Shown here: positions 49,289-59,281 of the stretch, piece by piece | How the letters are laid out: each line of letters opens with the position of its first letter | How positions within the stretch are numbered: position 1 is the stretch's first letter | From: Fervidobacterium sp. | GTDB taxonomy: Bacteria; Thermotogota; Thermotogae; Thermotogales; Fervidobacteriaceae | NCBI GenBank assembly: GCA_049970055.1 | Contig: JBMFNR010000002.1 | Location: 52,406-116,405 of the forward strand | Direction of reading: 5' to 3' | DNA: 64,000 bases | Translations under genes and position numbers: made by a program | Notes under the pieces: generated by a model | The model's input: only the letters and a program-made list of their open reading frames with translations | Told to the model about the DNA's origin: nothing | Databases searched by the model: none

Positions 49289-50538
49289 AAGGTACGGAAG
49301 ATCTGTACGGTTCTGAGATGAAATACTGGTACTGGATAGAGAACAAAGCAAGAGATCTGTCCAGAAGATACGGATACGGCGAGATACGAACCCCCATATT
49401 CGAGGAAACGAAATTATTCATCAGAAGTGTTGGAGAAGATACCGATATCGTTCAGAAGGAGATGTACACATTTGGCGATAAAGGTGGAAGAAGCATAACG
49501 TTAAGACCAGAAGGTACAGCACCTGTTGTTAGAGCTTTTGTAGAAAATGGAATGATTGCTCAGGGGTTTCCACAAAAATACTTTTATATTGGACCAATGT
49601 TTAGATACGAAAGGCCTCAATCCGGAAGGCAAAGGCAATTTCATCAATTCGGTGCAGAGATCTTCGGAAGTTCATCACCAATGGCCGATGTGGAATTAAT
49701 ATTGTTCGTTGATCACCTCCTAAAAGAAATAGGATTGGTGGACTATGAGATACATATAAATTCGCTTGGTGATATTGAAGACAGGATGAAATATCGTGAA
49801 GCTTTAAAGGAATACTACGCACAACATTTAGAAAAACTTTGCGATGACTGCAAGGTCAGGTACGAAAAGAATATACTGAGACTTTTGGATTGTAAAGTAG
49901 ATGTAGAATACGCAAAGAACGCACCTAAAATAACAGACTATCTGGAAGAAAATTCAAGAAAGCATTATGATGAATTGAAAGAACTTCTCACTAACGCTGG
50001 GTTAAGTTACATTGAAGATCCAAGGCTTGTCAGAGGACTTGATTATTATAACAAAACCGTCTTCGAGATTCACCATCACAAATTGGGTGCAATGAGTGCA
50101 ATCGCTGGCGGTGGGAGATACGATGGTCTCATAAAAGAGATAGGAGGAAAAGATGTTCCCGCACTTGGATTTGCAGCGGGAATAGAGAGATTGATACTAG
50201 CACTCAAAGCGGAAAATGTGCATGTTGATGACGTACAAACTAACACAGTTTACATAGCTTATGTGGGTGGTGTAGAAGTAAAAACGGAAGCTCTGAAATT
50301 ATCAGAACAGCTGAGAAGAGAAGGTATCCCTGTTGGTCTTGAGCTAATGGAACGTGGCTTAAGTGCTCAACTCAAACATGCTTCGAGAATAGGGGCTAAG
50401 TTCACTATAATTATCGGGGAAAGTGAGCTTGAAAAAGATATAGTATTAGTCAAAAATATGGAAACAGGGGAGCAGCTCGAATTTGAAAGAAGTTTTGTTG
50501 TGAGCGGCGTAAAAGATATGATAAATGAACTGGAATAA
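49273..50538 (+). CDS. hisS: Histidyl-tRNA synthetase
   Basis: LRPEGTA, FRYERPQSGR, LVRGLDYY and GGRYDGL motifs. Confidence 0.97.
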   Translation: MYQKIKGTEDLYGSEMKYWYWIENKARDLSRRYGYGEIRTPIFEETKLFIRSVGEDTDIVQKEMYTFGDKGGRSITLRPEGTAPVVRAFVENGMIAQGFPQKYFYIGPMFRYERPQSGRQRQFHQFGAEIFGSSSPMADVELILFVDHLLKEIGLVDYEIHINSLGDIEDRMKYREALKEYYAQHLEKLCDDCKVRYEKNILRLLDCKVDVEYAKNAPKITDYLEENSRKHYDELKELLTNAGLSYIEDPRLVRGLDYYNKTVFEIHHHKLGAMSAIAGGGRYDGLIKEIGGKDVPALGFAAGIERLILALKAENVHVDDVQTNTVYIAYVGGVEVKTEALKLSEQLRREGIPVGLELMERGLSAQLKHASRIGAKFTIIIGESELEKDIVLVKNMETGEQLEFERSFVVSGVKDMINELE

Positions 50539-50543
50539 AAATC

Positions 50544-50568
50544 AATCCCCCACAATTAGTGGGGGATT
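50544..50568. terminator. Terminator between hisS and tRNA-Gln
   Basis: AATCCCCCAC-aatta-GTGGGGGATT. Confidence 0.8.
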
Positions 50569-50578
50569 CACTATCAAT

Positions 50579-50652
50579 TGGCTGGGAGGGGAGGATTCGA
50601 ACCTCCACTGGCGGATCCAGAGTCCGCAGTCCTGCCGTTAGACGACCTCCCA
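50579..50652 (-). tRNA. tRNA-Gln (anticodon CUG)
   Basis: TGGGAGG/CCTCCCA acceptor stem with U1-A72; anticodon arm GCGGA-CTCTGGA-TCCGC; T-arm GGAGG-TTCGAAT-CCTCC; encoded CCA. Confidence 0.95.
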
Positions 50653-50723
50653 ATGTGTAATTGTTATTAGCAAAAAATATTCTACCATCACTTTATAGCA
50701 CTGTCAATAACGGAGGTGTAGTT

Positions 50724-51803
50724 GTGAGTAACAAAGTTTATTATGTATCTTCATTTTTCTGGAAAAATTACAATGCTGCCTCAAAGGCAAAGATGGATGT
50801 AGAAAGGATCTTCCAAAATATTGGTTTAGAACCAATAAACTTATTTAAAGACGGAAGAAACATCAGGATATTTTCCTTCTGGAAGTTTATTAAACTTTTC
50901 TTTGAGTCATTTAGTAATAAGTATACAGAAAGTACCGTTTTTTTTCAAAACGGAACGGGTATAGATATTTTACTTGCGCCAATTTTGAACTTGGCATTTA
51001 GAAGAAGTAAAAGGGTGATAATCATACACGACGTAGAGAGTATAAGGCTTGGAAGGAAAGAAGACTATATACGTGAAAAGTTCGTCTTTCAAAGATTTAA
51101 TTACGCTATTTGTCATACCGACGAAATGGCGACTTTCCTGAGAGAAAAACTTAAATTCAAGGGTATATTGAAGACTCTTGGGTTTTTCGACTACATTGTT
51201 TCGAAAGAATGCGAAAGAAAAGATGATGATTTATCATTCCCTGATATTTCGAAGAATGAAAAGTTCATAATTTCTTTTGCTGGGAACTTAAGTCGATGGA
51301 AATCGGCGTTTTTGCACAAATTATCTGAAAACGCGAGCGTATCTCACAAAAATTACAAAATCTTCCTGTATGGAAAAGGCTACGATGGTAAAGTTGAGGA
51401 AGGTTACATCGAATCGAAAGGTGCATACACACCTGACGAACTACCGCTACATATCCAAGGACACTTTGGCCTTGTATGGGATGGAGATGGAATTGATAGA
51501 ATATCAGGTACCACCGGATATTACTTAAAGTATAACATGCCGCATAAGGCATCCTTATATATAGTCAGTGGTCTGCCAGTAATAACTTGGAAAGACTCAG
51601 CTTGTTTTAAACTTGTTGAAAAATACAACATCGGTTTTGGAATAAATTCTTTGCTTGAACTTGATAGAAAACTCGAAAGAGTTACCGAACAACAGTACGA
51701 TACTTGGAAAAACAACGTTGAGAATTTGAAAAAAGATCTTGAAAATGGAAAGAATCTGGAAAGGCTAATTAAAGAAATTATAAATGAGAGATTTTATCGA
51801 TAG
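50724..51803 (+). CDS. Putative galactofuranosyltransferase (WfgD/Nss-like GT-B)
   Basis: A..KAK.D, IHDVESIR, FAGNL, FGLVWDG and PHKASLY..GLPVI motifs; GTG 50724 after GGAGGTG. Confidence 0.78.
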   Translation: MSNKVYYVSSFFWKNYNAASKAKMDVERIFQNIGLEPINLFKDGRNIRIFSFWKFIKLFFESFSNKYTESTVFFQNGTGIDILLAPILNLAFRRSKRVIIIHDVESIRLGRKEDYIREKFVFQRFNYAICHTDEMATFLREKLKFKGILKTLGFFDYIVSKECERKDDDLSFPDISKNEKFIISFAGNLSRWKSAFLHKLSENASVSHKNYKIFLYGKGYDGKVEEGYIESKGAYTPDELPLHIQGHFGLVWDGDGIDRISGTTGYYLKYNMPHKASLYIVSGLPVITWKDSACFKLVEKYNIGFGINSLLELDRKLERVTEQQYDTWKNNVENLKKDLENGKNLERLIKEIINERFYR

Positions 51804-52875
51804 CTGCTTCTATGACCTGGTCCATGTTGTAATATTTGTATTCAGCTAATCTTCCTATAAATATGTACTCTTTTGTCTTTTCCAGCTTTTCAACTTCCTT
51901 TAGGTATTTTTTCCTTCTTTCTAAATTCTTCTCGTCCATTACTATGTAGTAAGGCTCTCCCTTTGCCAAGGGGTATTCAAAGCACACTGTCGTTTTCTCA
52001 CTTTTCTCATTTAAGAAATGCTTATATTCTGTTACCCTTGTCCAATCATAATCGTTCGGGTAATTTACCACTGCCACTGGTTGATAGTACTCTTGGTCAA
52101 CACTTTTCAACTCGAGCTTTAAAGATCTGTACTCAAGTTCCCCGTACATATATTCAAAAAACCTGTCAAGTTCTCCTGTATACACCGTCAACCTTGGTTT
52201 AAACATGTCTTTCACTTCAAAATAATCCAGTCCTAACAGCAACGAAATATTCTCGTGTTCAAGCATCTTCTCTACCATCTTTGTATATCCATACTTTGGT
52301 ATACCTTGGTATTTGTCGGAAAAGTACCTATCATCTCGATTCGTCCGCACTGGGATTCTCTTTGCAACTTCTGGTGCTAATTCCTCAGGATCTCTTTCCC
52401 ATTGCTTTATCGTGTAATTTTTGAAAAATAGCTCATACAACCTTTCCCCAACTTGTGATACGACTACATCTCTGAAATTCCTTGGTGGATCATTGTATCT
52501 TGATTTCTTCACTTCCTTCTCTAAGAACTCCTCGACTTCATACGTTGCAAGTTCTATCCCAAAAACTTGGGAGATTGTGTCACGATTTATAGGAAACGGT
52601 ATTAACTTTCCTTCCACATAGCTGAGAACTTTGTGCTGATAATAATGAAATTCGCTAAAACGATTCAAAAAGTCCCAAACGCGTTTATTATTTGTATGGA
52701 ATATATGAGGTCCGTAAGTATGAACAGTGATTCCATTTTCATCTTTGTAATCGTGACAATGTCCAGCAATGTGCTTGTGTTTTTCAATAACTAAAACTTT
52801 GTAGCCTTTCTCCGCTAAAATTCTAGCTGCCGTTGAGCCAGATAATCCTGCACCTACCACAACAACTTCAAACAT
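51778..52875 (-). CDS. glf: UDP-galactopyranose mutase
   Basis: GAGLSG, YGPHIFHT, YT.KQW, YQGIP and GRLAEYKYYNMDQ motifs. Confidence 0.95.
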   Translation of the reverse strand: MFEVVVVGAGLSGSTAARILAEKGYKVLVIEKHKHIAGHCHDYKDENGITVHTYGPHIFHTNNKRVWDFLNRFSEFHYYQHKVLSYVEGKLIPFPINRDTISQVFGIELATYEVEEFLEKEVKKSRYNDPPRNFRDVVVSQVGERLYELFFKNYTIKQWERDPEELAPEVAKRIPVRTNRDDRYFSDKYQGIPKYGYTKMVEKMLEHENISLLLGLDYFEVKDMFKPRLTVYTGELDRFFEYMYGELEYRSLKLELKSVDQEYYQPVAVVNYPNDYDWTRVTEYKHFLNEKSEKTTVCFEYPLAKGEPYYIVMDEKNLERRKKYLKEVEKLEKTKEYIFIGRLAEYKYYNMDQVIEAAIDKISHL

Positions 52876-52893
52876 AACATTAGACTCCTTTTC

Positions 52894-53775
52894 TTATACT
52901 CTAATGTACGAAAGCGTTTTGTAGAACGTTCTTAAAATAGAAATTACGAGTTGCCTTGGTTGATTGTATCCTTGCCCGTATCCAAAATTTTTTATCGGTC
53001 TCAAAAATCTTTTACCACCAGCGTTGTGCACAACAGGGATTATCGTTCCATCGGACAAATAAAATTTCCCGTCACGTATTAAATACTTTTCAGTTGCTGT
53101 AGTTGGGATGAAATTATAAATAACAGGTAGACTGTGGAATCCTATTTGGTAGATAAAATAATTTAACAATACCATATCTACTCCCCAAGCGTATGGGTCT
53201 TTAATCAACTTGAACATATCTTCAACTATGTTTGTAAAAACTTCAGTCGGGTATACAACGAACCCTGCATTTACAAGTTTTTTCCCTTTGAGGAATTTCT
53301 TTATTTCACTTGAATTCTGAACTTTGTCGCTTATAACTATGTCCATGTTTGGCGATATCTGCTCAATTACCCCTTTTACCTTTGATTGCTCTATTTCAAA
53401 AATTCTACTTATGTCGGCTTGAAAAATTATATCCCCAGAATCACAAAGTATAACTTGTTTGTATTTCGAAGATTTTAGTAAAAAATCTTTTAACTCTCTG
53501 AACCTTATATTGTTTATATGGCCATCAAGCTTTTCAACCTTAATTATCAAAACTCCGTGTTTTTCTAATTCAGTTGAGGTATTTTCACTTAAGCCAAAAT
53601 CGAGCACTAAGATATCTATGTTACTCAAATTAACGTTTTCTTCCAATGACCTTAGCCAATGGTTAATCAAGAACTTTTCATATTTTTCATTACATGCAGT
53701 AGCTATAAGATATTTCTTACTTACCGAGTTTGTCGGATTTACCAAACGTTCCGAGTTTATCAAAATTTTCACCAC
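52894..53775 (-). CDS. Putative glycosyltransferase (GT-A, GT8-like)
   Basis: DSGD (DXD-like), NAGFV, DMVLLNY, YNF and VHNAG motifs; lies in the glycan cluster. Confidence 0.65.
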   Translation of the reverse strand: MVKILINSERLVNPTNSVSKKYLIATACNEKYEKFLINHWLRSLEENVNLSNIDILVLDFGLSENTSTELEKHGVLIIKVEKLDGHINNIRFRELKDFLLKSSKYKQVILCDSGDIIFQADISRIFEIEQSKVKGVIEQISPNMDIVISDKVQNSSEIKKFLKGKKLVNAGFVVYPTEVFTNIVEDMFKLIKDPYAWGVDMVLLNYFIYQIGFHSLPVIYNFIPTTATEKYLIRDGKFYLSDGTIIPVVHNAGGKRFLRPIKNFGYGQGYNQPRQLVISILRTFYKTLSYIRV

Positions 53776-53857
53776 CTTACCTAGTTTTCTAATTTAACTT
53801 TGGACGTAATGCATCTTGAAACAATGCGCATCGTGATGTAAAGTAAAGTTGGAGAGA

Positions 53858-54814
53858 TTAAAAATATTCTTTTTGCAGCAAGCATTTGCTTGTGAAATTT
53901 TGTTTTTTGCTTGAAAGGTAGACGCATTTTTTTATGTTGTCCAAGATGACCTTGTTCTTCACAATTTTTTTCCAATGTTTGTAAGGATACCCGTTAAATG
54001 CAATGTTTCCAATAGCCCAACTATACGAGACTGGTAATGAATACTTTTCTAAAATCTCAGCAATTTCATTTTCGTGTCTTTCTTGGAAAAATCTTATCAA
54101 TCTTTTGATCGATCCAACATTGTGAAACACCGATAAAGACGGAATTTTTGTCGATGATTCTGTTCGATATAATGCCATTACGACGCTTTCGCATATTGAT
54201 GATGTTTCTTTCGCGTAATACATGGCTTTCGCTATAAACTCGTTATCTTCACCATATTTGGCACCTTTGGTAAATCTTATATTGTTTTCTTTGATCAAAC
54301 TTGATTCAAATATAGATGAATTTAACGATATATGCACTTCTCCTAAAATGAAATCTTTCAAAGCTTTTCTGAAGTGTTCTTTTTCCCACTTGTATTTGTA
54401 CATATCCGTGTACTTGTAAAGTACCTTCCCAGAAGGTAATACGATATCTTGTCCGCCAAATGCCATATGCGTTTTGTGCTTCTTTAGATTTTCCAGTAGC
54501 ATTTCCACAGCATCTGGCATAAGTATGTCATCACCGTCTAAAAATTTAATGTACTCTCCTTTCGAATTTTCAATCCCTATATTCCTTGCTACACCAACAC
54601 CCTGATTTTCCTTTTGATCTATTATTTCAAAAGGTTTGCTAGTATTTTTTAATACTGAAAATGCAACATCTCTGGTTTTGTCAACTGAACCATCGTTGAT
54701 AACAATTATTTCTAAATTTTCATGAGATTGTTTTATTACGCTTTCTAGGGTTTTCACTATGTACTTTTCGACATTGTACGCAGGAATTACGACGGATACT
54801 AAGGCTTTTCTCAT
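53858..54814 (-). CDS. Family 2 glycosyltransferase (C-terminus probably extends to 53781 via a frameshift)
   Basis: SVVIPAYN, NDGS.D, ARN.G, FLDGDD and GED motifs. Confidence 0.9.
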   Translation of the reverse strand: MRKALVSVVIPAYNVEKYIVKTLESVIKQSHENLEIIVINDGSVDKTRDVAFSVLKNTSKPFEIIDQKENQGVGVARNIGIENSKGEYIKFLDGDDILMPDAVEMLLENLKKHKTHMAFGGQDIVLPSGKVLYKYTDMYKYKWEKEHFRKALKDFILGEVHISLNSSIFESSLIKENNIRFTKGAKYGEDNEFIAKAMYYAKETSSICESVVMALYRTESSTKIPSLSVFHNVGSIKRLIRFFQERHENEIAEILEKYSLPVSYSWAIGNIAFNGYPYKHWKKIVKNKVILDNIKKCVYLSSKKQNFTSKCLLQKEYF

Positions 54815-54832
54815 ACCTTACCTCACACCACA

Positions 54833-55849
54833 TTATTTAATGAACCTGAAGCCGCCAACGAGAAAATTTCTTATCTTTCTTGGTAAATATTTAATAGCAA
54901 GCATGATAAGTGTTAAATTCAGTGCGAAGTGAATATACCAATACTTGTGCAATAAAGGCATGGGATCATTTATCTTTCCAAAAACTAGAGTAAACGGAAA
55001 ATAAAGTAATGTACCAAACAAAAAATGGTACGAAATAATAAAGAGCGAATTAAGTGCAAGTTTGTTAAAAAAGCTATCTAACCTTAGCTGCCTAACGACG
55101 CTAGATAAGTATATAATAATTAATACAGCTAATATTTCGCCAAGGAAGGCGATTAAACCATTTTTCCCAAACCATTGAGTATTCCAAGAGATATCGCCAT
55201 TGTATTGACTTATCACAACTAGACCGACAAAAGAAAGTAGGAAAGTCAAGAAAGAAATATCGTAATTTTTCTCTTTCCACTTTTTACCAATAAGAAAGAA
55301 TGGTATCGAGCATAGAGCAGTATCAAGCTTAAATGGTAATGGTGCGTGAGGAATGATGCGTAAAATCACGGCAAAAATGGAGAAAATGTATAAAAGATAA
55401 GTATTTTTGTACAGTATTGCGTATAAGGTTTCCGCAAAAAATAACATCAAGAAAAACCATAAAGGTACAACGTTTATTGGAATTTCTGATAGTTTATCAA
55501 GTCTCCCAGTGAGAAAGTTAAAGAAATATTTCCACTTACTGGTGGTAATGAAATTCTTGGGAGCCAATAACAGAAAAATGAGTGTATTAATAAATCCAGC
55601 AAAGTAGTAAGTGATTAAAAGTTGAATTCTTGACGAAAGAACTTGTTTGAAATCTTTTGCTTTCCACTGGTACCCTCTTGCGAATATCAAGGAGGATAAA
55701 CCATAACTAAAAAAACTATAGATACTATTTGGTGTCCCCGAATGCACAAGAATTACAGAAAAAATTGCTAAACCTTCCATTGTTAAAATGTTTAGCTTAG
55801 CTTTCTTTGGAAACGATAAATCCTCGGTATGTTGTGTTATCATTACCAT
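54833..55849 (-). CDS. Acyltransferase-3 family membrane protein
   Basis: GLAIFSVILVH, IFARGY, PLWFF, FFLIG and NSL.I..YH motifs; about 10 TM segments. Confidence 0.78.
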   Translation of the reverse strand: MVMITQHTEDLSFPKKAKLNILTMEGLAIFSVILVHSGTPNSIYSFFSYGLSSLIFARGYQWKAKDFKQVLSSRIQLLITYYFAGFINTLIFLLLAPKNFITTSKWKYFFNFLTGRLDKLSEIPINVVPLWFFLMLFFAETLYAILYKNTYLLYIFSIFAVILRIIPHAPLPFKLDTALCSIPFFLIGKKWKEKNYDISFLTFLLSFVGLVVISQYNGDISWNTQWFGKNGLIAFLGEILAVLIIIYLSSVVRQLRLDSFFNKLALNSLFIISYHFLFGTLLYFPFTLVFGKINDPMPLLHKYWYIHFALNLTLIMLAIKYLPRKIRNFLVGGFRFIK

Positions 55850-56595
55850 TTACCACTCGCTCCTCCACCACCACTGCTTCCGCCACCAAATCCACCACTA
55901 CTTCTTGACCCACCCAACCCTCCTGATCCAGTAAACCCACCAAATCCACCAGGTCCCGTCGGACCTTTTGGGCCGGTGTAATTGGCATTTTTTATGGAAA
56001 GAAAAATGATTATAATAAACATTATTATTACCGCAATTAAAACTATTTCATTTTTACTCATTGTTTCATTATCAATCGCTTGCAACTCTGAGTCTATATC
56101 AAATGTCAATTCAGCATTGTATTCTTTTGCTATCTCTCTTGCCAGTGCCAAATATCCATAATAAATTCCTTTGGAATAATCCTCCTGCTTAAAGTAAGGT
56201 ATTATGTATTCATCCCTTATCCTACCTGCTTTCCCATCTGGTATTGCCCCTTCAAGTCCGTAACCAACTTCTATCCTCATTACTCTATCTTTAATAGCCA
56301 CAAGTAACAAAACTCCGTTATCTTTATCTTTTTGACCTATACCCCATTTTCTAAATAGCTGAACTGCATACTCTTCAACCGTTGTATCACCGATAGAATC
56401 AATGACTACAGTTGTAAGTTGTGCCGTTGTTTTGTTTTCAAGCTCTTTTCCAATCAAAACTATCTTTTTTACGTATTCTTCATTAACTACTCCGACGTAA
56501 TCGTTAATGTACTTTAACGGTGTTGGCTGCGGAATTGTGATTGATAAGGCCAAAATTGAAAAAAGTGTAAAAAAGCTAACCAAAAAACTTCTCAT
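55843..56595 (-). CDS. TPM-domain (YgcG-like) membrane protein with Gly-rich tail
   Basis: WGIG..DNGVLLLVA..RIEVGYGLEG and GGGSSGGGGASGKW. Confidence 0.92.
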   Translation of the reverse strand: MRSFLVSFFTLFSILALSITIPQPTPLKYINDYVGVVNEEYVKKIVLIGKELENKTTAQLTTVVIDSIGDTTVEEYAVQLFRKWGIGQKDKDNGVLLLVAIKDRVMRIEVGYGLEGAIPDGKAGRIRDEYIIPYFKQEDYSKGIYYGYLALAREIAKEYNAELTFDIDSELQAIDNETMSKNEIVLIAVIIMFIIIIFLSIKNANYTGPKGPTGPGGFGGFTGSGGLGGSRSSGGFGGGSSGGGGASGKW

Positions 56596-56631
56596 GAAAC
56601 CATCTCCTCTACCAATGAAAAAACCGGTTTT

Positions 56632-57438
56632 TTAAACAATATACTTTAAGACTTCTTTTTTTATCAACTCGTATTGTTCAATCAGTTTCTCTACTTGGAC
56701 GAAATTACCAGAAAATATCGAGTCAAAATCCAATACAAATGAACCTAATACTTTTTCGTTTATCGAAAAGTACTTTGCAGGTTTTAGATTGTGTTTCTTT
56801 CTTAATAACGATATTATCTCTGAGAGTAATGGTCTGAATTCATCACTAATTGATTCATCTATAATAAAAAAGTTGATACCTTCATCGTTTATAAACGTCC
56901 TGCAAATCTTAAATGTGCCGTCCTTATACCTTTCAAGTCGCTCAATCACTTTTTCATCAACTCTTTGAGCAAATGAGAAAGATTCAACACCAACCACTTT
57001 TTCACTGAAAATTTCCTTTTTTAAAAACTCGTCTGGACCAGTAACAGCAACAAATCTGGTTTTAAACGGCAATTTTATTATACCACATTGTAAGTTACAT
57101 TGCTCGCCAGTAAGCTTTTCAAAGGCATTTTTGAATTGTTCTGCATTTGTCAGCTCAGAAAACTTGTAAATCGCTGGTGTTGTTGCCATGGGTTGAGAAA
57201 TTGATAGCCCTATAAGTTTTTCGTTTGACGAGGTAACTACGAAATTCATGAAAAAGGGGAATTTCTTCTTCGTAAAGGCATCTAAGTTATTGTATTCACT
57301 TGAATAACAAGTAACCACCGCGACGTGGCGGTGGTAAACATCTAAACGTTCTCTTTTCCCTTCGAGAAAATTTAGTAATTCTAAGCTATCGAAATCAAAT
57401 TGCTCGATATTTTTGTATTTTTCAGGGCCTAAGTACAT
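56632..57438 (-). CDS. Conserved hypothetical protein
   Basis: 268-aa ORF with GGAGG SD, co-oriented within the operon; no motif recognised. Confidence 0.7.
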   Translation of the reverse strand: MYLGPEKYKNIEQFDFDSLELLNFLEGKRERLDVYHRHVAVVTCYSSEYNNLDAFTKKKFPFFMNFVVTSSNEKLIGLSISQPMATTPAIYKFSELTNAEQFKNAFEKLTGEQCNLQCGIIKLPFKTRFVAVTGPDEFLKKEIFSEKVVGVESFSFAQRVDEKVIERLERYKDGTFKICRTFINDEGINFFIIDESISDEFRPLLSEIISLLRKKHNLKPAKYFSINEKVLGSFVLDFDSIFSGNFVQVEKLIEQYELIKKEVLKYIV

Positions 57439-57457
57439 TCCTCCACCTTCAATTTTT

Positions 57458-59107
57458 TTATTCCATCATTGGTATTCTAATACCATGCTTTTTCGCCGTT
57501 TCAATCGCTATTTCGTAACCAGCATCAGCATGTCTCGCAACGCCCATTCCTACATCGTTTGTCAAAACTCTTTCAAGCTTTTGCTTTGCCAGGTCTGTTC
57601 CATCGGCTACTATGACAACACCCGCGTGTATTGAATAGCCTATTCCAACTCCTCCACCGTGATGAATCGACACCCAAGTTGCACCACTTGCAACATTTAC
57701 CATGGCGTTAAGAAGCGGCCAATCCGCAATCGCATCACTACCATCTTTCATAGCTTCCGTTTCCCTGTACGGACTCGCAACGGAACCAGTGTCGTGATGA
57801 TCCCTACCTATAACTACCGGTGCTTCAAGTTCTCCTTTTCTTACCATTTCGTTCATCGCAAGTCCCATTTGAGCTCTTTGACCTTGTCCAAGCCAACAGA
57901 TCCTTGCAGGCAGTCCTTGCCATTTAACCTTTTTTTGAGCCATTTCAATCCATTTTCTTAAATGTTCATCTTCACCGAAGAGTTCGATAACTTTTTGATC
58001 CGTCTTGTATATGTCTTCAGGATTTCCAGAGAGCGCCACCCATCTGAATGGGCCTTTACCTTCACAGAATAGATCTCTTATGTATTCCGGCACGTAACCT
58101 GGTATACTGAATGCATCTTTAACACCGTGATCTTGCGCAAGTCTTCTAATATTATTACCGTATTCAAATACCTTTGCGCCAAGTTTTTGCATCTCAAGTA
58201 TAGCATTTACGTGTTTAACAACACTATCGTATACCAATTCAAGATACTTCTGTGGGTTTTCTTTCCTTAACTTTAAGGCTTCTTCAAATGAAATTCCAGC
58301 CGGTACATACCCATTGAGCGGATCGTGAGCAGCAGTTTGGTCAGTTACAACGTCAGGAATAATACCCCGTTTCACAAGTTCTGGATGAACTTCTGCAGCA
58401 TTTCCAAGAAGTCCTATCGATAATGACCTACCATCTTTCATCGCTTCTTTTGCCATTTTTAATGCTTCATCTAAATTGTCTGTCCACGTATCAAGGTAAC
58501 CTGTTTGAAGTCTTCTGTCTATCATCCTCTTATCAACTTCTACTGCTATTACCACACCATCATTCATAGTTACTGCAAGTGGTTGGGCACCACCCATTTC
58601 ACCAAGTCCGGCCGTTAAAACAAGTCTACCCTTTAAAGTACCACCAAAGTACTTTTTGGCTACTGCATAAAATGTTTCATACGTGCCTTGCAGTATGCCT
58701 TGTGTACCGATATATATCCAACTACCTGCTGTCATTTGCCCGTACATTATCAATCCGCGAGCTTCAAGTTCATTGAAATATTCCCACGTTGCCCATTTGG
58801 GAACAAGGTTAGAATTAGCTATCAAAACACGTGGAGCCCACTCGTGTGTTTTCCAAATAGCAACAGGTTTACCACTCTGAATAAGTAAGGTTTCATCATT
58901 CTCCAAGTTTTTCAATATTTCGATTATCTTGTTAAAACTTTCCCAATTTCTAGCGGCTTTACCTTTACCTCCGTAAACTATCAGATTCGCCGGGTCTCTT
59001 GCCACTTCAGGATCAAGATTATTCATAAGCATTCGCATTGCCGCTTCCGTTTGCCATGATTTACACGTTAGTTTCGTTCCTCTTGGTGCTCTAATCACTT
59101 CAGCCAT
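57458..59107 (-). CDS. hutU: Urocanate hydratase
   Basis: [32 protein letters not shown] and HHGGGVG motifs; ATG 59107. Confidence 0.96.
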   Translation of the reverse strand: MAEVIRAPRGTKLTCKSWQTEAAMRMLMNNLDPEVARDPANLIVYGGKGKAARNWESFNKIIEILKNLENDETLLIQSGKPVAIWKTHEWAPRVLIANSNLVPKWATWEYFNELEARGLIMYGQMTAGSWIYIGTQGILQGTYETFYAVAKKYFGGTLKGRLVLTAGLGEMGGAQPLAVTMNDGVVIAVEVDKRMIDRRLQTGYLDTWTDNLDEALKMAKEAMKDGRSLSIGLLGNAAEVHPELVKRGIIPDVVTDQTAAHDPLNGYVPAGISFEEALKLRKENPQKYLELVYDSVVKHVNAILEMQKLGAKVFEYGNNIRRLAQDHGVKDAFSIPGYVPEYIRDLFCEGKGPFRWVALSGNPEDIYKTDQKVIELFGEDEHLRKWIEMAQKKVKWQGLPARICWLGQGQRAQMGLAMNEMVRKGELEAPVVIGRDHHDTGSVASPYRETEAMKDGSDAIADWPLLNAMVNVASGATWVSIHHGGGVGIGYSIHAGVVIVADGTDLAKQKLERVLTNDVGMGVARHADAGYEIAIETAKKHGIRIPMME

Positions 59108-59225
59108 AAATTCTCCCCCTTGGACATCAGTTTTCTTCACATTCTATTTAATTATATCACAGAACATACTCTTTTCATTTTTCACTTAGCAACAAATAGT
59201 AGAGAAATCAAAAGCATAAAAGAAA

Positions 59226-59259
59226 ATAAAAAAAATTGCCTCGGGTTTCTAACCCGAGG
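59226..59259 (-). terminator. Terminator after the AAA ATPase gene
   Basis: CCTCGGGTT-tct-AACCCGAGG with a T tract on the minus strand. Confidence 0.75.
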
Positions 59260-59281
59260 TTTGAATTTTTATGCGTCATCT

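Noticed and set aside
50450..50653. 67-aa minus-strand ORF
   Set aside because: It is a translation of tRNA-Gln
50579..55849. Glycan cluster as a tRNA-integrated genomic island
   Set aside because: The cluster lies on the tRNA's 5' side; I saw no integrase and no duplicated tRNA 3' end (att)
55850..55975. GC-rich CCACCA repeats
   Set aside because: They encode the ordinary Gly-rich tail of the TPM-domain protein
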